A stretch of DNA of 24,184 bases from a virus (lineage: Duplodnaviria; Caudoviricetes). The notes under the pieces are model-generated. The model had not been told where the DNA came from, searched no databases, and worked only from the letters and a program-made list of their open reading frames with translations. A program made the position numbers and the translations under genes. The stretch is taken from IMG/VR virus record IMGVR_UViG_3300044216_001436, positions 1 to 24,184 of that record; one strand, written 5' to 3'. Below are positions 8,286 to 17,991 of this stretch, piece after piece (positions within the stretch are counted from its first letter, which is position 1; each line of letters begins with the position of its first letter).

Positions 8286-10444
8286 TATCCAGCCTCATCA
8301 GAAAATTCTGGTAATTCATTCGGTCTTTTTAATTCTAAAATTAAATCATCTTTAATTAAATTTAAATTAATTTTAAAATAATCTACGTTAGTTAATTTTC
8401 CATCTGGTAAACCATTTAATACTGGAATTAAATTAGGCTCATTGTCTGTAGGGTGATCTCCTAAAAAAACAATATATTTGCCATAACCAACACTTACAAA
8501 ATGTGGAGGTTCATTTTTAAAAATATCTAAAGGTTTTCCTTCAGTATTAATTGCAATTTTATTGTTTGCAGCCTTTTGTAATAAATTTGGATTGTTATTT
8601 AAAATTTGTTCAACCTTAGAAAAATCATCTTGTTTAATAAAATTAGGAACATGTACTTTATAACCTCTTGATGTTTCAGCAGTACCACCAACTTTTTTGC
8701 CGTCTGGTCCGTTTTCTTGACCAATAGCTTCTTGTAAAGCTTCTTCATATAAACTTGAATTAAAACTACCACTATCAGCTTTTTTACCTTTTTGATCGAA
8801 TATTTTTTTTGTATAAATATAATCTGCAATATTTACTGCGGCTGTAAATGTATTAGGATTATCAATGAATGCAGTTTTGTATTCTGAAACAATTGCAGAA
8901 TATTGTACATTGCCTGATGGTACAGTTGCTTTAAAACCATCATCAGAAAGTTTACGACCTATCAAAGCATTTTTAACTACTTCGTTATTATTTGTAATTA
9001 ACGATAACCCACCAAGATAACCAAAAAATTGACCATTTTTATTTTGTCCTAGTTCAGCAAATGCTTCATCAGATTGTGAACCAAATGCTAAACTCATTGT
9101 AGAAATAACTCTTTCTATATTTGCTGGGTCTTTTTCACTATCAAAATAATTTGTAAGTTGTGATCGTTCATCATTAGTAAAAAATCTTTTTGGAGCATTG
9201 TTTTCTAATGAAATTAATGTTCCAATCGAAACTCTTTTTTTACCAATCCCAACAAATTCAGATATATCACCACCTTGTAAAACATCTGATATAGGTAAAC
9301 TATCAGGGTCATAAAAAGATAATTTAGATGCAGTACCTATAGGGTCTTTTTCAATTTGATCTACAAAATTTGCAGTATATGATTTTATAAAATCAGAACG
9401 TAATTTTTTATCTCTACTTGTATTAACACCTTGTATTCTATCTTGCTGTTCAATATCGTCAGAGGTTGAAATTAAATTATTTAATTCTTGTCGGTTTTGT
9501 GTTTTTAGAAATAATAATAATTCTCTTTTAACATTAAGGTCTTGCAATCTTTGTAATAAAATTGGGTCATCAGAATTTTTTGCAAGCTCTAACATACTTG
9601 CATATTCTTCATTTGTTACATCTTCAAAATTTTTTGTAATTCTATTTTCTTTTTCTTTTAAAGATGTTTTTAATATTTGTTTATTTTCTTTTGCAACACC
9701 AACTCTATATTTTTCTATAGTTTGAACATCTTTTGCATCTAAATATTTTGATTTTTTTGCATAAGAAATTCCTGCTGTTCTATCTTGTGAAACTAATCTT
9801 TTTGCATAAGCAATATCTCTTTCTTTAAACCAAGCATTTTTTAAAGCTTCAGTATTCGCTCCATATAAAGTTTTTACTTTTTCTGAACTCCAATAATTAT
9901 TTGCATCTTGTTCTGCAAGCATTTGTAAATCAGTTGTTTCTGCATAAACAAAATCTTTAGATAATTTATTTTGTGATGAAAGCTCTAAACCTTGTGAATG
10001 AATTGCAAAATTTTTATTAGCAGAATTAGTTACAGAAATGCTATCTTTTAAAAAATGTTTATTAGCAACAGACTTAAATAAATCTTTAGTAAAATTGTGT
10101 TTGTAATTTTGTGTTAAACCTTCAAATGCTTTGTTGTAACCATTTTGATAAAATGCTTTAGCTGCATCTGGGTCTGTCATTTTTGATGCTTCTAACTTAA
10201 CTTCAGATATACCTTTAAAATTTTCGTTACCTTCTATCAACTCTCTTTCTTTTTCTAAAACTTCATTTTCTGATTTTCTTATTTCATATTTTCTAAAAAG
10301 TTGTGTAGCAGTTTTTCCGGCTCCACTTATAGCGTTACCTATTTGTGTTGCAGTAGCCTGGGATATTCTCATATTAGGTGTAGTCTCAACTGCTGAAGTT
10401 GTATCTGTAGGTCGTATGTTAGGTGAGTATAATTTTATAGCCAT
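8285..10444 (-). CDS. Internal virion (ejection) protein, gp15-like position
   Basis: 719 aa, helical composition, directly after the gp14-like gene; assigned by synteny. Confidence 0.65.
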   Translation of the reverse strand: MAIKLYSPNIRPTDTTSAVETTPNMRISQATATQIGNAISGAGKTATQLFRKYEIRKSENEVLEKERELIEGNENFKGISEVKLEASKMTDPDAAKAFYQNGYNKAFEGLTQNYKHNFTKDLFKSVANKHFLKDSISVTNSANKNFAIHSQGLELSSQNKLSKDFVYAETTDLQMLAEQDANNYWSSEKVKTLYGANTEALKNAWFKERDIAYAKRLVSQDRTAGISYAKKSKYLDAKDVQTIEKYRVGVAKENKQILKTSLKEKENRITKNFEDVTNEEYASMLELAKNSDDPILLQRLQDLNVKRELLLFLKTQNRQELNNLISTSDDIEQQDRIQGVNTSRDKKLRSDFIKSYTANFVDQIEKDPIGTASKLSFYDPDSLPISDVLQGGDISEFVGIGKKRVSIGTLISLENNAPKRFFTNDERSQLTNYFDSEKDPANIERVISTMSLAFGSQSDEAFAELGQNKNGQFFGYLGGLSLITNNNEVVKNALIGRKLSDDGFKATVPSGNVQYSAIVSEYKTAFIDNPNTFTAAVNIADYIYTKKIFDQKGKKADSGSFNSSLYEEALQEAIGQENGPDGKKVGGTAETSRGYKVHVPNFIKQDDFSKVEQILNNNPNLLQKAANNKIAINTEGKPLDIFKNEPPHFVSVGYGKYIVFLGDHPTDNEPNLIPVLNGLPDGKLTNVDYFKINLNLIKDDLILELKRPNELPEFSDEAG

Positions 10445-10445
10445 A

Positions 10446-10895
10446 TTATATAAATCCTAATGTTGATGCGTCTGTTAATAAACTTGATGCAGCATTAAAA
10501 TAACCTGCTCTTTTGGCTACACGTCCTCTGTATCTTTCAACATTGGCTGCAGCTCTTTGCATAACTGCTGCGTTAAGTTGTTGTTCTTTTCTTACTTCTG
10601 CATTGTATTTTAGCATGTCTCTATCAACATCAACTAAGTTTTGATTTTCGACCACAATATCAAATGCAGTACCAGTTCCTAATTCTACACCTGAGCCTGC
10701 TAATTGATTTTTTAATGTACTGTCTTGTCTTTCAGCATAATAATTAAATCTTGGTAAATCGTATTGTTCGTAAACTTGATAACCTTGTTTTGCATTTTGT
10801 TCTTTTACTAATGCATCACGGTCCATTAATGCAGCGTTATAATTAGCTGCTTTCTTTGCTGCGTTAGCTGCTATTATACTTCCAAAAAAACTCAT
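10446..10895 (-). CDS. Internal virion protein B (gp14-like)
   Basis: 149 aa, Ala-rich, with a central AGSGVELGTGT motif typical of small podovirus ejection proteins; synteny. Confidence 0.72.
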   Translation of the reverse strand: MSFFGSIIAANAAKKAANYNAALMDRDALVKEQNAKQGYQVYEQYDLPRFNYYAERQDSTLKNQLAGSGVELGTGTAFDIVVENQNLVDVDRDMLKYNAEVRKEQQLNAAVMQRAAANVERYRGRVAKRAGYFNAASSLLTDASTLGFI

Positions 10896-11368
10896 CTTTT
10901 TATAATCCTCGCATATCTAATATAATCTGAACCATCTGGTCCGTAATTTTTCATAATTCCTTCAGACTTCATTCCTAACCATTCTGCAAAACGATGACCT
11001 TTTTTAAAATCAGCTTTGACAGTTGTTTGTAGTCTTTTTAAATTTGTTGTTTCAATTAATACATCTGTTTTCTTTTTAAAATGTTTTGCAAACACGATGT
11101 AATGTTTCCAAATATCTTTTGTTGCCATAACCCAACCTTCAGCAACACCGTCCCACAGCATAGATATGCCGCCTGCCGCAATAGGTTTATTGTTGACTAG
11201 ACCTGTAAACGACAACCCAACTTGTTCTAAATACAAAGCATATTTTCTATGCTCTGGTTTTAAATAGAGTTCTGATGCATTAAGCTCCTGGCTTAATATA
11301 AATTCTGCATGCTCGTTTTTAAAAGGTACTATTTCAACTTTATGTGTCGTATAGTTCAAGTCTTGCAT
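10892..11368 (-). CDS. GNAT-fold virion assembly protein (T7 gp13-like)
   Basis: 158 aa; PIAAGG...AEGW...RFAEWLGMKSEG GNAT-like pattern; lies after tail tubular B. Confidence 0.72.
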   Translation of the reverse strand: MQDLNYTTHKVEIVPFKNEHAEFILSQELNASELYLKPEHRKYALYLEQVGLSFTGLVNNKPIAAGGISMLWDGVAEGWVMATKDIWKHYIVFAKHFKKKTDVLIETTNLKRLQTTVKADFKKGHRFAEWLGMKSEGIMKNYGPDGSDYIRYARIIKR

Positions 11369-13091
11369 ATATTGCTAAAATAGTCATGGGTAAGGGTTGT
11401 TCTTGTTTTACTAAAACAAAACCATCGGTCCCATAATCACTTGGAAACTCTGTCTCTTTATCACCAGTAAATAATGGAACTGGGTCTGACATAGCAGCAG
11501 AGCTATCTCTAAACGGTATTTCGTCTAAATTACTTTCGTTAGGTCCTACTTTTGCACCAACTGTTTCAAAAAATCTAACTGTAACATCGTAAATTCTTTT
11601 TGTTTTAGTTTGGTCGGTACCTCTTGCGCCTTCATCTAGTCTCATTGTTTGTAGAGATGAAACATAACCTAAACCAACTTTTGCAGTTGTTGCAGAACGA
11701 TCTAAAGTTATTTGACCAGAAGATACAACACGGTCTGGGTGAGTTGCACCATTAACTATAACTTTTACTGTTTCACCTTCTAAATGAGATAAACCAGATA
11801 AAGTTGTAGTTGCAGAACCAGAATAACCTAATCCACTATCTACATAATGAAATGTTGTTAGTGAGGAATTAAAATCATACGGTGTCAAATATTCTACATA
11901 TTTTTTTGTTGAGCCGTTAATTGTTCTTTCAACAATAACATAAACTTGATCTTCGCTTGTATCTATATCTATTACTGCAACTGATTTACATTTGGTATTT
12001 GTTCCGCCAAAATCATGTGAATGCCAGGCAACAACGTCTTGCAAACGATTATAAGTCATACCTACTAAACTTCCGTCTGTTCTTACACACCATACAACAC
12101 TAAATGGTTCTTGTTGATAATCCATTTGTATTATTCCTGACGATGATATGTGTTCAGATAAAATAGTTAAATCAGGAGCTAGGTAACCATCACTATCGAA
12201 GTTATAAGCAAGTTCTCTTATTTTTCTTTTTGCTCTTTGTAAAAATATTGTAGCGTTACCAATTGATAAAGCATCTACACCAGCTGAACCATAGTTAGAT
12301 TGTTTTCTAATATTTAAATTTGTTGGTGTTATAGGATTGTCTGTTGCACCTGACGATACTGTAAACTCCCCTCCAGTTGTCATCACAATTAAAGTTCTTG
12401 TTGCTTTTATACTTTCTATTGCGTTGACCTGATTAGATGCGATTGTATAAATCATAGCATCTGCATCTGCGGTACCTGTAGTAAAATTTTCATAATCACC
12501 AGATTTAGAAAAAAATAAAGTTTGCGGATTATTAGTTGTGCCTGCAAAAACTAAACGTTGTTCAAAAAAACTTACACACTTTGGATTGTTATTAGTACCA
12601 CTTAATTGATGTGTAGATGATGTTTCTGTAAAATTAACTGTTGTTAAAGTCCAAGATGTATGACCTGTTCTTGATAATTTTCTAACAGCGTGGTTCTTAT
12701 GACATAGATACATAACGTCTGCACTTTGCGCGAACTTAATATCAAATACTTCTGTATGAAGGTAAGGTGTAGATATTTCAAATGCTGCACCTCCGGAAAC
12801 AATTTGACCACTATCTTTGTAAAATCTTATGTACTGGTCGCCAAACTCTAAAATGTAAGTTTGTGTTGTAGAAAAACTAAATGGTATTAGTCTTGTATTG
12901 TTTGCTGAATTTTTTACTTCAGATATAAAATGCGTTCCAGGTCTTCTAGTTACTGGACCATGAGGTTGTACAACAAAATTATTTATTAACGTTCCTGCAG
13001 AAAAATATTTTGAAAAATCTGTACGACCTTCCATTCGTGGTGATAATTCACCTGCTGTAAAACTAGGAACTGATAATAATGCTTTTGGCAT
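11340..13091 (-). CDS. Tail tubular protein B / nozzle (T7 gp12-like)
   Basis: 583 aa; SFTAGELSP, GPVTRRPG, FFEQRLVFAG and QEQPLPMTILAI motifs. Confidence 0.88.
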   Translation of the reverse strand: MPKALLSVPSFTAGELSPRMEGRTDFSKYFSAGTLINNFVVQPHGPVTRRPGTHFISEVKNSANNTRLIPFSFSTTQTYILEFGDQYIRFYKDSGQIVSGGAAFEISTPYLHTEVFDIKFAQSADVMYLCHKNHAVRKLSRTGHTSWTLTTVNFTETSSTHQLSGTNNNPKCVSFFEQRLVFAGTTNNPQTLFFSKSGDYENFTTGTADADAMIYTIASNQVNAIESIKATRTLIVMTTGGEFTVSSGATDNPITPTNLNIRKQSNYGSAGVDALSIGNATIFLQRAKRKIRELAYNFDSDGYLAPDLTILSEHISSSGIIQMDYQQEPFSVVWCVRTDGSLVGMTYNRLQDVVAWHSHDFGGTNTKCKSVAVIDIDTSEDQVYVIVERTINGSTKKYVEYLTPYDFNSSLTTFHYVDSGLGYSGSATTTLSGLSHLEGETVKVIVNGATHPDRVVSSGQITLDRSATTAKVGLGYVSSLQTMRLDEGARGTDQTKTKRIYDVTVRFFETVGAKVGPNESNLDEIPFRDSSAAMSDPVPLFTGDKETEFPSDYGTDGFVLVKQEQPLPMTILAIYARLELYDT

Positions 13092-13092
13092 G

Positions 13093-13674
13093 TTATAATC
13101 TACTGTTTATAAAATCATCTGCAGATACATTGTCTGTTGGACCTAATGTTGCGTCCGTATTGTAGCCTTCTCCAGCATCAGCATGTCTTGCTTCAGATAA
13201 TTTAAATTGAAATTTCTCGTTCATTCTTGTTGCTAATGTTGCATTTGCTGTAACCGCATAAGCAATATCAGCTGCTAAAGCTGCAGATATAGTTTCTCTT
13301 AACAAAACGTCCATCTCGTTAGGGTCTGTTATGGCTGCAACATATACTAATTGGCAACTATCATCGTTAGTTAAAATTTTTCTACCTTCTATTTTGTAGT
13401 TGCTGCTAAAATTTTTTATTTGTAAAACTCTTAAAGCATCACTTGGTAAAGTATATTGTTTTGCAAATCCCCAATCAGGTATAGCTGTATCAGCAGCCAA
13501 TGATTGTCTTTTGATTGCAGAGTTCCATGGGTGTGAACGTAAAACACTATCTCTTATGGTATTAAATCTTGCGTTACACAATCTACCATTTTTAGAATTT
13601 TCTGTTAATGATAAAATTGTACTAGCACCTAATTGATTTAATGCTGAGTTACAAATTTCTACTACACTAGCCAT
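13093..13674 (-). CDS. Tail tubular protein A / adaptor (T7 gp11-like)
   Basis: 193 aa; ICNSALNQLG...HPWNSAIKR...YTLPSD motifs. Confidence 0.85.
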   Translation of the reverse strand: MASVVEICNSALNQLGASTILSLTENSKNGRLCNARFNTIRDSVLRSHPWNSAIKRQSLAADTAIPDWGFAKQYTLPSDALRVLQIKNFSSNYKIEGRKILTNDDSCQLVYVAAITDPNEMDVLLRETISAALAADIAYAVTANATLATRMNEKFQFKLSEARHADAGEGYNTDATLGPTDNVSADDFINSRL

Positions 13675-13882
13675 TTTGTTTTTTCTCCTTAATTAAATAT
13701 TTTCTTCTTAATTTTCTTGGTGTTGTTAATTGCCAAATTTCATCTTCTGTAAGTTCATGTTTGCTATCAAAACCATAATGAAATTTTGGACCGTGTTTAA
13801 ATCTGTCAACCAAAATGTAACGATACACATGGTTATCTTTTTTAAAATGTAAAACTGTTTTTATTTCTTTTATTGTTTTCAT
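13667..13882 (-). CDS. Hypothetical protein, 71 aa
   Basis: Fills the gap between capsid and tail tubular A and overlaps the next start; no free SD. Confidence 0.6.
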   Translation of the reverse strand: MKTIKEIKTVLHFKKDNHVYRYILVDRFKHGPKFHYGFDSKHELTEDEIWQLTTPRKLRRKYLIKEKKQNG

Positions 13883-13908
13883 AAAAAAGGAGGCGATTGC
13901 TCGCCTCC
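13883..13908 (-). terminator. Rho-independent terminator after the major capsid gene
   Basis: GGAGGCGA-GCAA-TCGCCTCC (8-bp stem, GNRA loop) followed by T6. Confidence 0.9.
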
Positions 13909-13922
13909 AATTTAATTATTTA

Positions 13923-14795
13923 TTACTCATCACAAGGAACTTGAACTACTCCTGTTTCGTTCATTCTTGTAGCTCCAATTGACATACAATAATAAACCTG
14001 TGTCGCGTAAGATTTGTCTGCTCTTTCATCTATTCTAGCAGCAATATCTTTACCTATTGCAAGTTTAATTGCATCTTCTGTGAAACCAAAGCACAATCTA
14101 TCGTCTGTGTTTGTATTATCAAACGGTAGTCTTGTTGACATGATGAATTCAAAACCTAAGAACGAGTTAATATCACCCTGCGCTAAAGCTTTAACTGTAT
14201 TAAAGTCAGAACTTTTTACTTCAGTTGTGTTTAACAAATCTTGGATTTGTTTTGGTCCACATACAAAAAATCTCTTTAATGATGGGTCCACATCGTTGTT
14301 GTCTAAGATAAACTTCGCAGATAACAATTTTGCAATTGTTAAACCGTCAGTTTGTTGTGCTGTTGATGTTTTTTGAGACGATGGTAACGCAGTTGTTGTT
14401 CCACCAGCAACACCTGTTGCTGCGTCTGCATTCATCGCTGCAATTATAACATCGTCCATACTTCTACCCATAGCAGCTGCCGCAGCTTTTGCGTATGATG
14501 AAGTAGGGTCTATAAGCATTCTAACTTTATCTTGATCGTCAATTAAGTCAGCCCACTCATAGTCAGCTAATGATACTCTTCGTCTTGAGTGAGGAGTATC
14601 TATTTGTGGTGTATTTCCGTGTCGTGAAGACCTGATACTTGCACTTGTAACCCCAATTTGGTCAAAAAATGCATTTTTACCCTTAATAGTCTCAACATCA
14701 ACGGCACCTCTTAACTTGCTTCCCATTTGTTGAGAAAGCATAGTAACATTTGAAGAGTATTGTTCTACAAATGCTGTAGTTATTTGAGTTGACAT
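13923..14795 (-). CDS. Major capsid protein (HK97 fold)
   Basis: 290 aa; strong SD AAGGAG; AFVEQY...QQMGSKLR, WADLIDDQD and GATRM motifs of BPP-1/HTVC010P-like capsids; followed by a terminator. Confidence 0.92.
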   Translation of the reverse strand: MSTQITTAFVEQYSSNVTMLSQQMGSKLRGAVDVETIKGKNAFFDQIGVTSASIRSSRHGNTPQIDTPHSRRRVSLADYEWADLIDDQDKVRMLIDPTSSYAKAAAAAMGRSMDDVIIAAMNADAATGVAGGTTTALPSSQKTSTAQQTDGLTIAKLLSAKFILDNNDVDPSLKRFFVCGPKQIQDLLNTTEVKSSDFNTVKALAQGDINSFLGFEFIMSTRLPFDNTNTDDRLCFGFTEDAIKLAIGKDIAARIDERADKSYATQVYYCMSIGATRMNETGVVQVPCDE

Positions 14796-14839
14796 AGTTA
14801 TGTCTCCTTCTTTGTTGATTGTTAATGTTAAAAATTAAC

Positions 14840-14931
14840 GGAAGATTATCCTTTAGGGGTCTTACCTTGATTTAACAACTCTCGTTGCTTTGTCTTACCA
14901 AAGTGTCAGATAGGTCTTACGATTATCTATC
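14840..14931 (-). ncRNA. Candidate structured cis-regulatory RNA in the capsid leader
   Basis: Four adjacent hairpins, two with GNRA loops; the GACC/GATAATC internal-loop module occurs twice; GTAAGAC occurs three times. Confidence 0.5.
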
Positions 14932-14943
14932 ATTCAGAAATAC

Positions 14944-15768
14944 TTAACTGTTTGTCTTCAGTTTCAGTAAATCTTGAACTTCTTGAACAGCTGCATCATG
15001 GTTAGGGTGTTGTTTATTCCAATACGCCGAACCTTCTTGCTGTAATTCTCTTATTTGCTTATCAATTTCTTTAGGAGTTAAATATTGTGGACCAGTTGAT
15101 GTAACCAACTTGTCTTCTCCTAAATCAGACGCAATATTTGCAAATGCTTTGACAAAATCTGGGTGGTCGCCAACTTTTGTGCCATCAGATAATGTCATGT
15201 GTGCAAAGTCTGGGTTTAAATATTTTTGTACAACACCTGTAACTGATTTAACTTTGTTATCGTATGCTGCACCCCACTCTTGCTTTAACGATGTTTCTGC
15301 GTTCATTCTGCCTTGCTCGGCTTTTGTATCTAAATCACGCATATAACTTCGTGTCATATCATCATAAAAATTCATTATACCTTCAGCTTGTTTAGGTAAT
15401 AATCCATATTTATGTGCTGCTTTTTTAAATCCTTCTAAAGCATTTGTATCTACTGAACTATCCTCTTGTGTTTGTATTTGATAATCTTCTGGTTTAGATG
15501 GTCTTCCAAGTTTTGAGTAAACATCGTTCCAATCTTCATCGGTTGCGTGTTTATTTGGAATACTAATTTTGTCAGAACCTACAAGTTTTTGTGCATGTAT
15601 GTATGACTTTGCTAAACCTGGAATATCTTGAATACTCTCTAAGGCTTTTTCGTTTTTTAGATCGTCTGGTAAACTGTCTTTCCAATTTACCTCTTGTGTT
15701 TCTGTAGCTGGCTGTTCAGACGCAACAGTTTGTTGTTCCTGCTCCGCTACCTGGTTTTCACTACTCAT
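14944..15768 (-). CDS. Capsid scaffolding protein
   Basis: 274 aa; acidic N-terminus, WKDSLPDDL, LGRPSKPEDY and LKQEWG motifs; between portal and capsid. Confidence 0.82.
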   Translation of the reverse strand: MSSENQVAEQEQQTVASEQPATETQEVNWKDSLPDDLKNEKALESIQDIPGLAKSYIHAQKLVGSDKISIPNKHATDEDWNDVYSKLGRPSKPEDYQIQTQEDSSVDTNALEGFKKAAHKYGLLPKQAEGIMNFYDDMTRSYMRDLDTKAEQGRMNAETSLKQEWGAAYDNKVKSVTGVVQKYLNPDFAHMTLSDGTKVGDHPDFVKAFANIASDLGEDKLVTSTGPQYLTPKEIDKQIRELQQEGSAYWNKQHPNHDAAVQEVQDLLKLKTNS

Positions 15769-15985
15769 CGTTTTGTCCTCCTGGGTTTTTGTTGAGTGTT
15801 GATTTAATAAAAAGAACTACTGAACGTTGTCCTTCTCTAAACGCTGTTTCGTTACTATCATTTGAAAATGATGTGTTGTGAACGTTACAACGTTTTTCTA
15901 AATCTGATAAAATATCTTTACCGTCATCAGACTTAAAAACCCTTTGATACGCTTGTATAATTTCTTGTACTTGTTTTTTATTCAT
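15761..15985 (-). CDS. Small head-module protein (Bbp19-like)
   Basis: 74 aa; YQRVFKSDDGKDILSDL...TAFREGQRSVV; position between portal and scaffold. Confidence 0.72.
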   Translation of the reverse strand: MNKKQVQEIIQAYQRVFKSDDGKDILSDLEKRCNVHNTSFSNDSNETAFREGQRSVVLFIKSTLNKNPGGQNDE

Positions 15986-17552
15986 TTAAAACTTTTGCTA
16001 AAGGAGCTGCTTTATTAGCAATCTCTGCTTCTTGCATATCTTGCTGCATTTGAGCTTGTTGTTCTTGTTGTGCTTCTCTTTGTTGTCTTATTTGTGCAAC
16101 TTGTCCCTTAGATTTTAAAATTTTTGCAGGAATTCCTAAAACATCTTTGATATATGACATTAAATTATCTGTATCTAAATAATCAAATACAGGAGCAACG
16201 TTTTGTAGAGAACCCATCAATTCAATTCCTCGCATCAATGATTGTACTTCACCAGTTTTTTGTGCTTTTGCTAATGGTGATACATATTCAATTTCGATAT
16301 TTTGATTTCCTAAAAACTCTGGAGCTGGTTTAAATTTATTGTTTCTAATTAAAATACTAAAACATCTTGTAATTAATGGTTGTAATAATTCAGATTGCAA
16401 CCTTCCTAATACTGGACCAAGAATTCTCATCTTCTCTTCGTTTCTTTGCAAAACCTCGGTTGCTGTCATTTGTGTTCCCTGAGTTGATAACAATTGATCT
16501 ACAAAAAAGTTTTGTCTTATTGCGTCTCTTCTTTGTTCTTCCATTTGTATGCCAACAGGATTAGCAGCACCAATTTGTAATGGTTCTATTCTATCTCTAG
16601 TTCCTGCTCTATAATAATTTAATCCACCAGGTACCGTTCTTATCGGTAACATAAATCCATCATCAGGTACTAATAACGGTGGGTCGATTTGTTTTTGTGC
16701 AGCTTTGATAGAAGTTTTTGACATTAAGTTTAACATCTTAACGTCCGGCAAAGCGTTCATTGCTGGTGAACGACCATAAATTTCATTTGATGATTTTAAA
16801 TATCTTGGTACGGCAAACGGAAATTCTGCAAAACCATTTTCTGATAAAACACTACCACTATCTTCATGTACATATACAGAATGAAATTTTTTATTCGTAT
16901 ATAAATCTGAGGGGTGTACACAATGAATTATATTAACATCATCGTTAGGAGCTTTTTCTATTTTTTTTAAGAGTTCAGCATTTAATTCTGCTTTAGGGAA
17001 AGCACTCATTAAATTGCCTGCTTTCATTTTAAATTTACGCGTTAAATTATTTACAAAACCTTTTTCATCTTCGCTAATATATATTTCTGATATATGAATA
17101 TTTTTAAATCTTAATTCGTTCTCATCGTCTTCAGCAATAAATAATGCTGCAGTACCAAATGCGATTAGATCATGGTACAATTCAAATATTTCTTGTTGAA
17201 AGTTTGATCTGTTAAAAGCTTGATTTAAAACATTTGTGCAATCTTCTAACCATTCAATTGCTTCATCTTCTTGGTTTAGTTCTTCGTTTTTATATTTTAA
17301 AGAAAACCATGGTGATACTGTATTGGTTAACATACCGTGTAATGATGCAGCCAATAATTCTAATGCGTGAGTTGCAGTACCATCAAAAATTAATTCGTGT
17401 CTCTTATCACCTTTACTTCTTGATTTAGTAATATCTGCTTTTCTTGGAAGCATATAATCAGCAACATCTTGCCAATGGCTCTCCCAATTTTTTCTTTCTA
17501 CTTTCAAAGAACTATATTTTTCTAATACAAATTTTCCTGTAGGTGTTATCAT
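15978..17552 (-). CDS. Portal / head-tail connector protein
   Basis: 524 aa; YGRSP, MTATEV, LGPVLGRLQSELLQPLI and IEYVSPLA motifs of T7 gp8/BPP-1-like portals. Confidence 0.93.
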   Translation of the reverse strand: MITPTGKFVLEKYSSLKVERKNWESHWQDVADYMLPRKADITKSRSKGDKRHELIFDGTATHALELLAASLHGMLTNTVSPWFSLKYKNEELNQEDEAIEWLEDCTNVLNQAFNRSNFQQEIFELYHDLIAFGTAALFIAEDDENELRFKNIHISEIYISEDEKGFVNNLTRKFKMKAGNLMSAFPKAELNAELLKKIEKAPNDDVNIIHCVHPSDLYTNKKFHSVYVHEDSGSVLSENGFAEFPFAVPRYLKSSNEIYGRSPAMNALPDVKMLNLMSKTSIKAAQKQIDPPLLVPDDGFMLPIRTVPGGLNYYRAGTRDRIEPLQIGAANPVGIQMEEQRRDAIRQNFFVDQLLSTQGTQMTATEVLQRNEEKMRILGPVLGRLQSELLQPLITRCFSILIRNNKFKPAPEFLGNQNIEIEYVSPLAKAQKTGEVQSLMRGIELMGSLQNVAPVFDYLDTDNLMSYIKDVLGIPAKILKSKGQVAQIRQQREAQQEQQAQMQQDMQEAEIANKAAPLAKVLNE

Positions 17553-17759
17553 CTATCCTCCCAATAATGTCTTTCTTTGTATATCTCCTCCACCTAAAGA
17601 AGTATTTTTTGTTAATATAGTTGCTCTTCTACCTTTTTTCTTAACATCTAAACCATAATCAGGTGTAGCATCAGCTTGCTGTGATTGTGTTACTTCAACT
17701 GCAGTAGGTTGAACTGGCTGCGGTTTTGGTGGTGATGGTCTTCTTACAAATCCTCCCAT
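17553..17759 (-). CDS. Small virion protein (GRRxTILT...KTLLG family), copy 2
   Basis: 68 aa, upstream of portal; shares its C-terminal motif with the neighbouring gene. Confidence 0.75.
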   Translation of the reverse strand: MGGFVRRPSPPKPQPVQPTAVEVTQSQQADATPDYGLDVKKKGRRATILTKNTSLGGGDIQRKTLLGG

Positions 17760-17763
17760 AATA

Positions 17764-17982
17764 TTATGCTCCTAATAATGTTTTTTTATCTGTAGTCGCA
17801 TCATCTTCAACACCCTGGTAACTTGTAAGTATTGTTGATCTTCGACCTTTTCTTTTTCTATCTAATGTTTCTTGTTTTTCTTTTGCTGCTTTCTTTCTTT
17901 CCTCGTCCTCGAAACTTGGCGGCGGAGCCGCAGGAGGTGGAGGGGGTGGTAAAGAAGGCATTTTCGGTGATAAAAAGCTCAT
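17764..17982 (-). CDS. Small Pro-rich virion protein (GRRxTILT...KTLLG family), copy 1
   Basis: 72 aa; SD AGGAG; poly-Pro tract. Confidence 0.75.
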   Translation of the reverse strand: MSFLSPKMPSLPPPPPPAAPPPSFEDEERKKAAKEKQETLDRKRKGRRSTILTSYQGVEDDATTDKKTLLGA

Positions 17983-17991
17983 TCGTTTCTC

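Noticed and set aside
8396-8410. Operator half-site TGGTAA with a partial left arm
   Set aside because: Inside a CDS, wrong spacing or 3 mismatches, and no promoter context.
8599-8829. Same-strand alternative-frame ORF (76 aa) in the gp15-like gene
   Set aside because: No SD, TTG start, L/I/K/Q composition typical of a +1 shadow, and no host codon shift like the one at 6095-6349.
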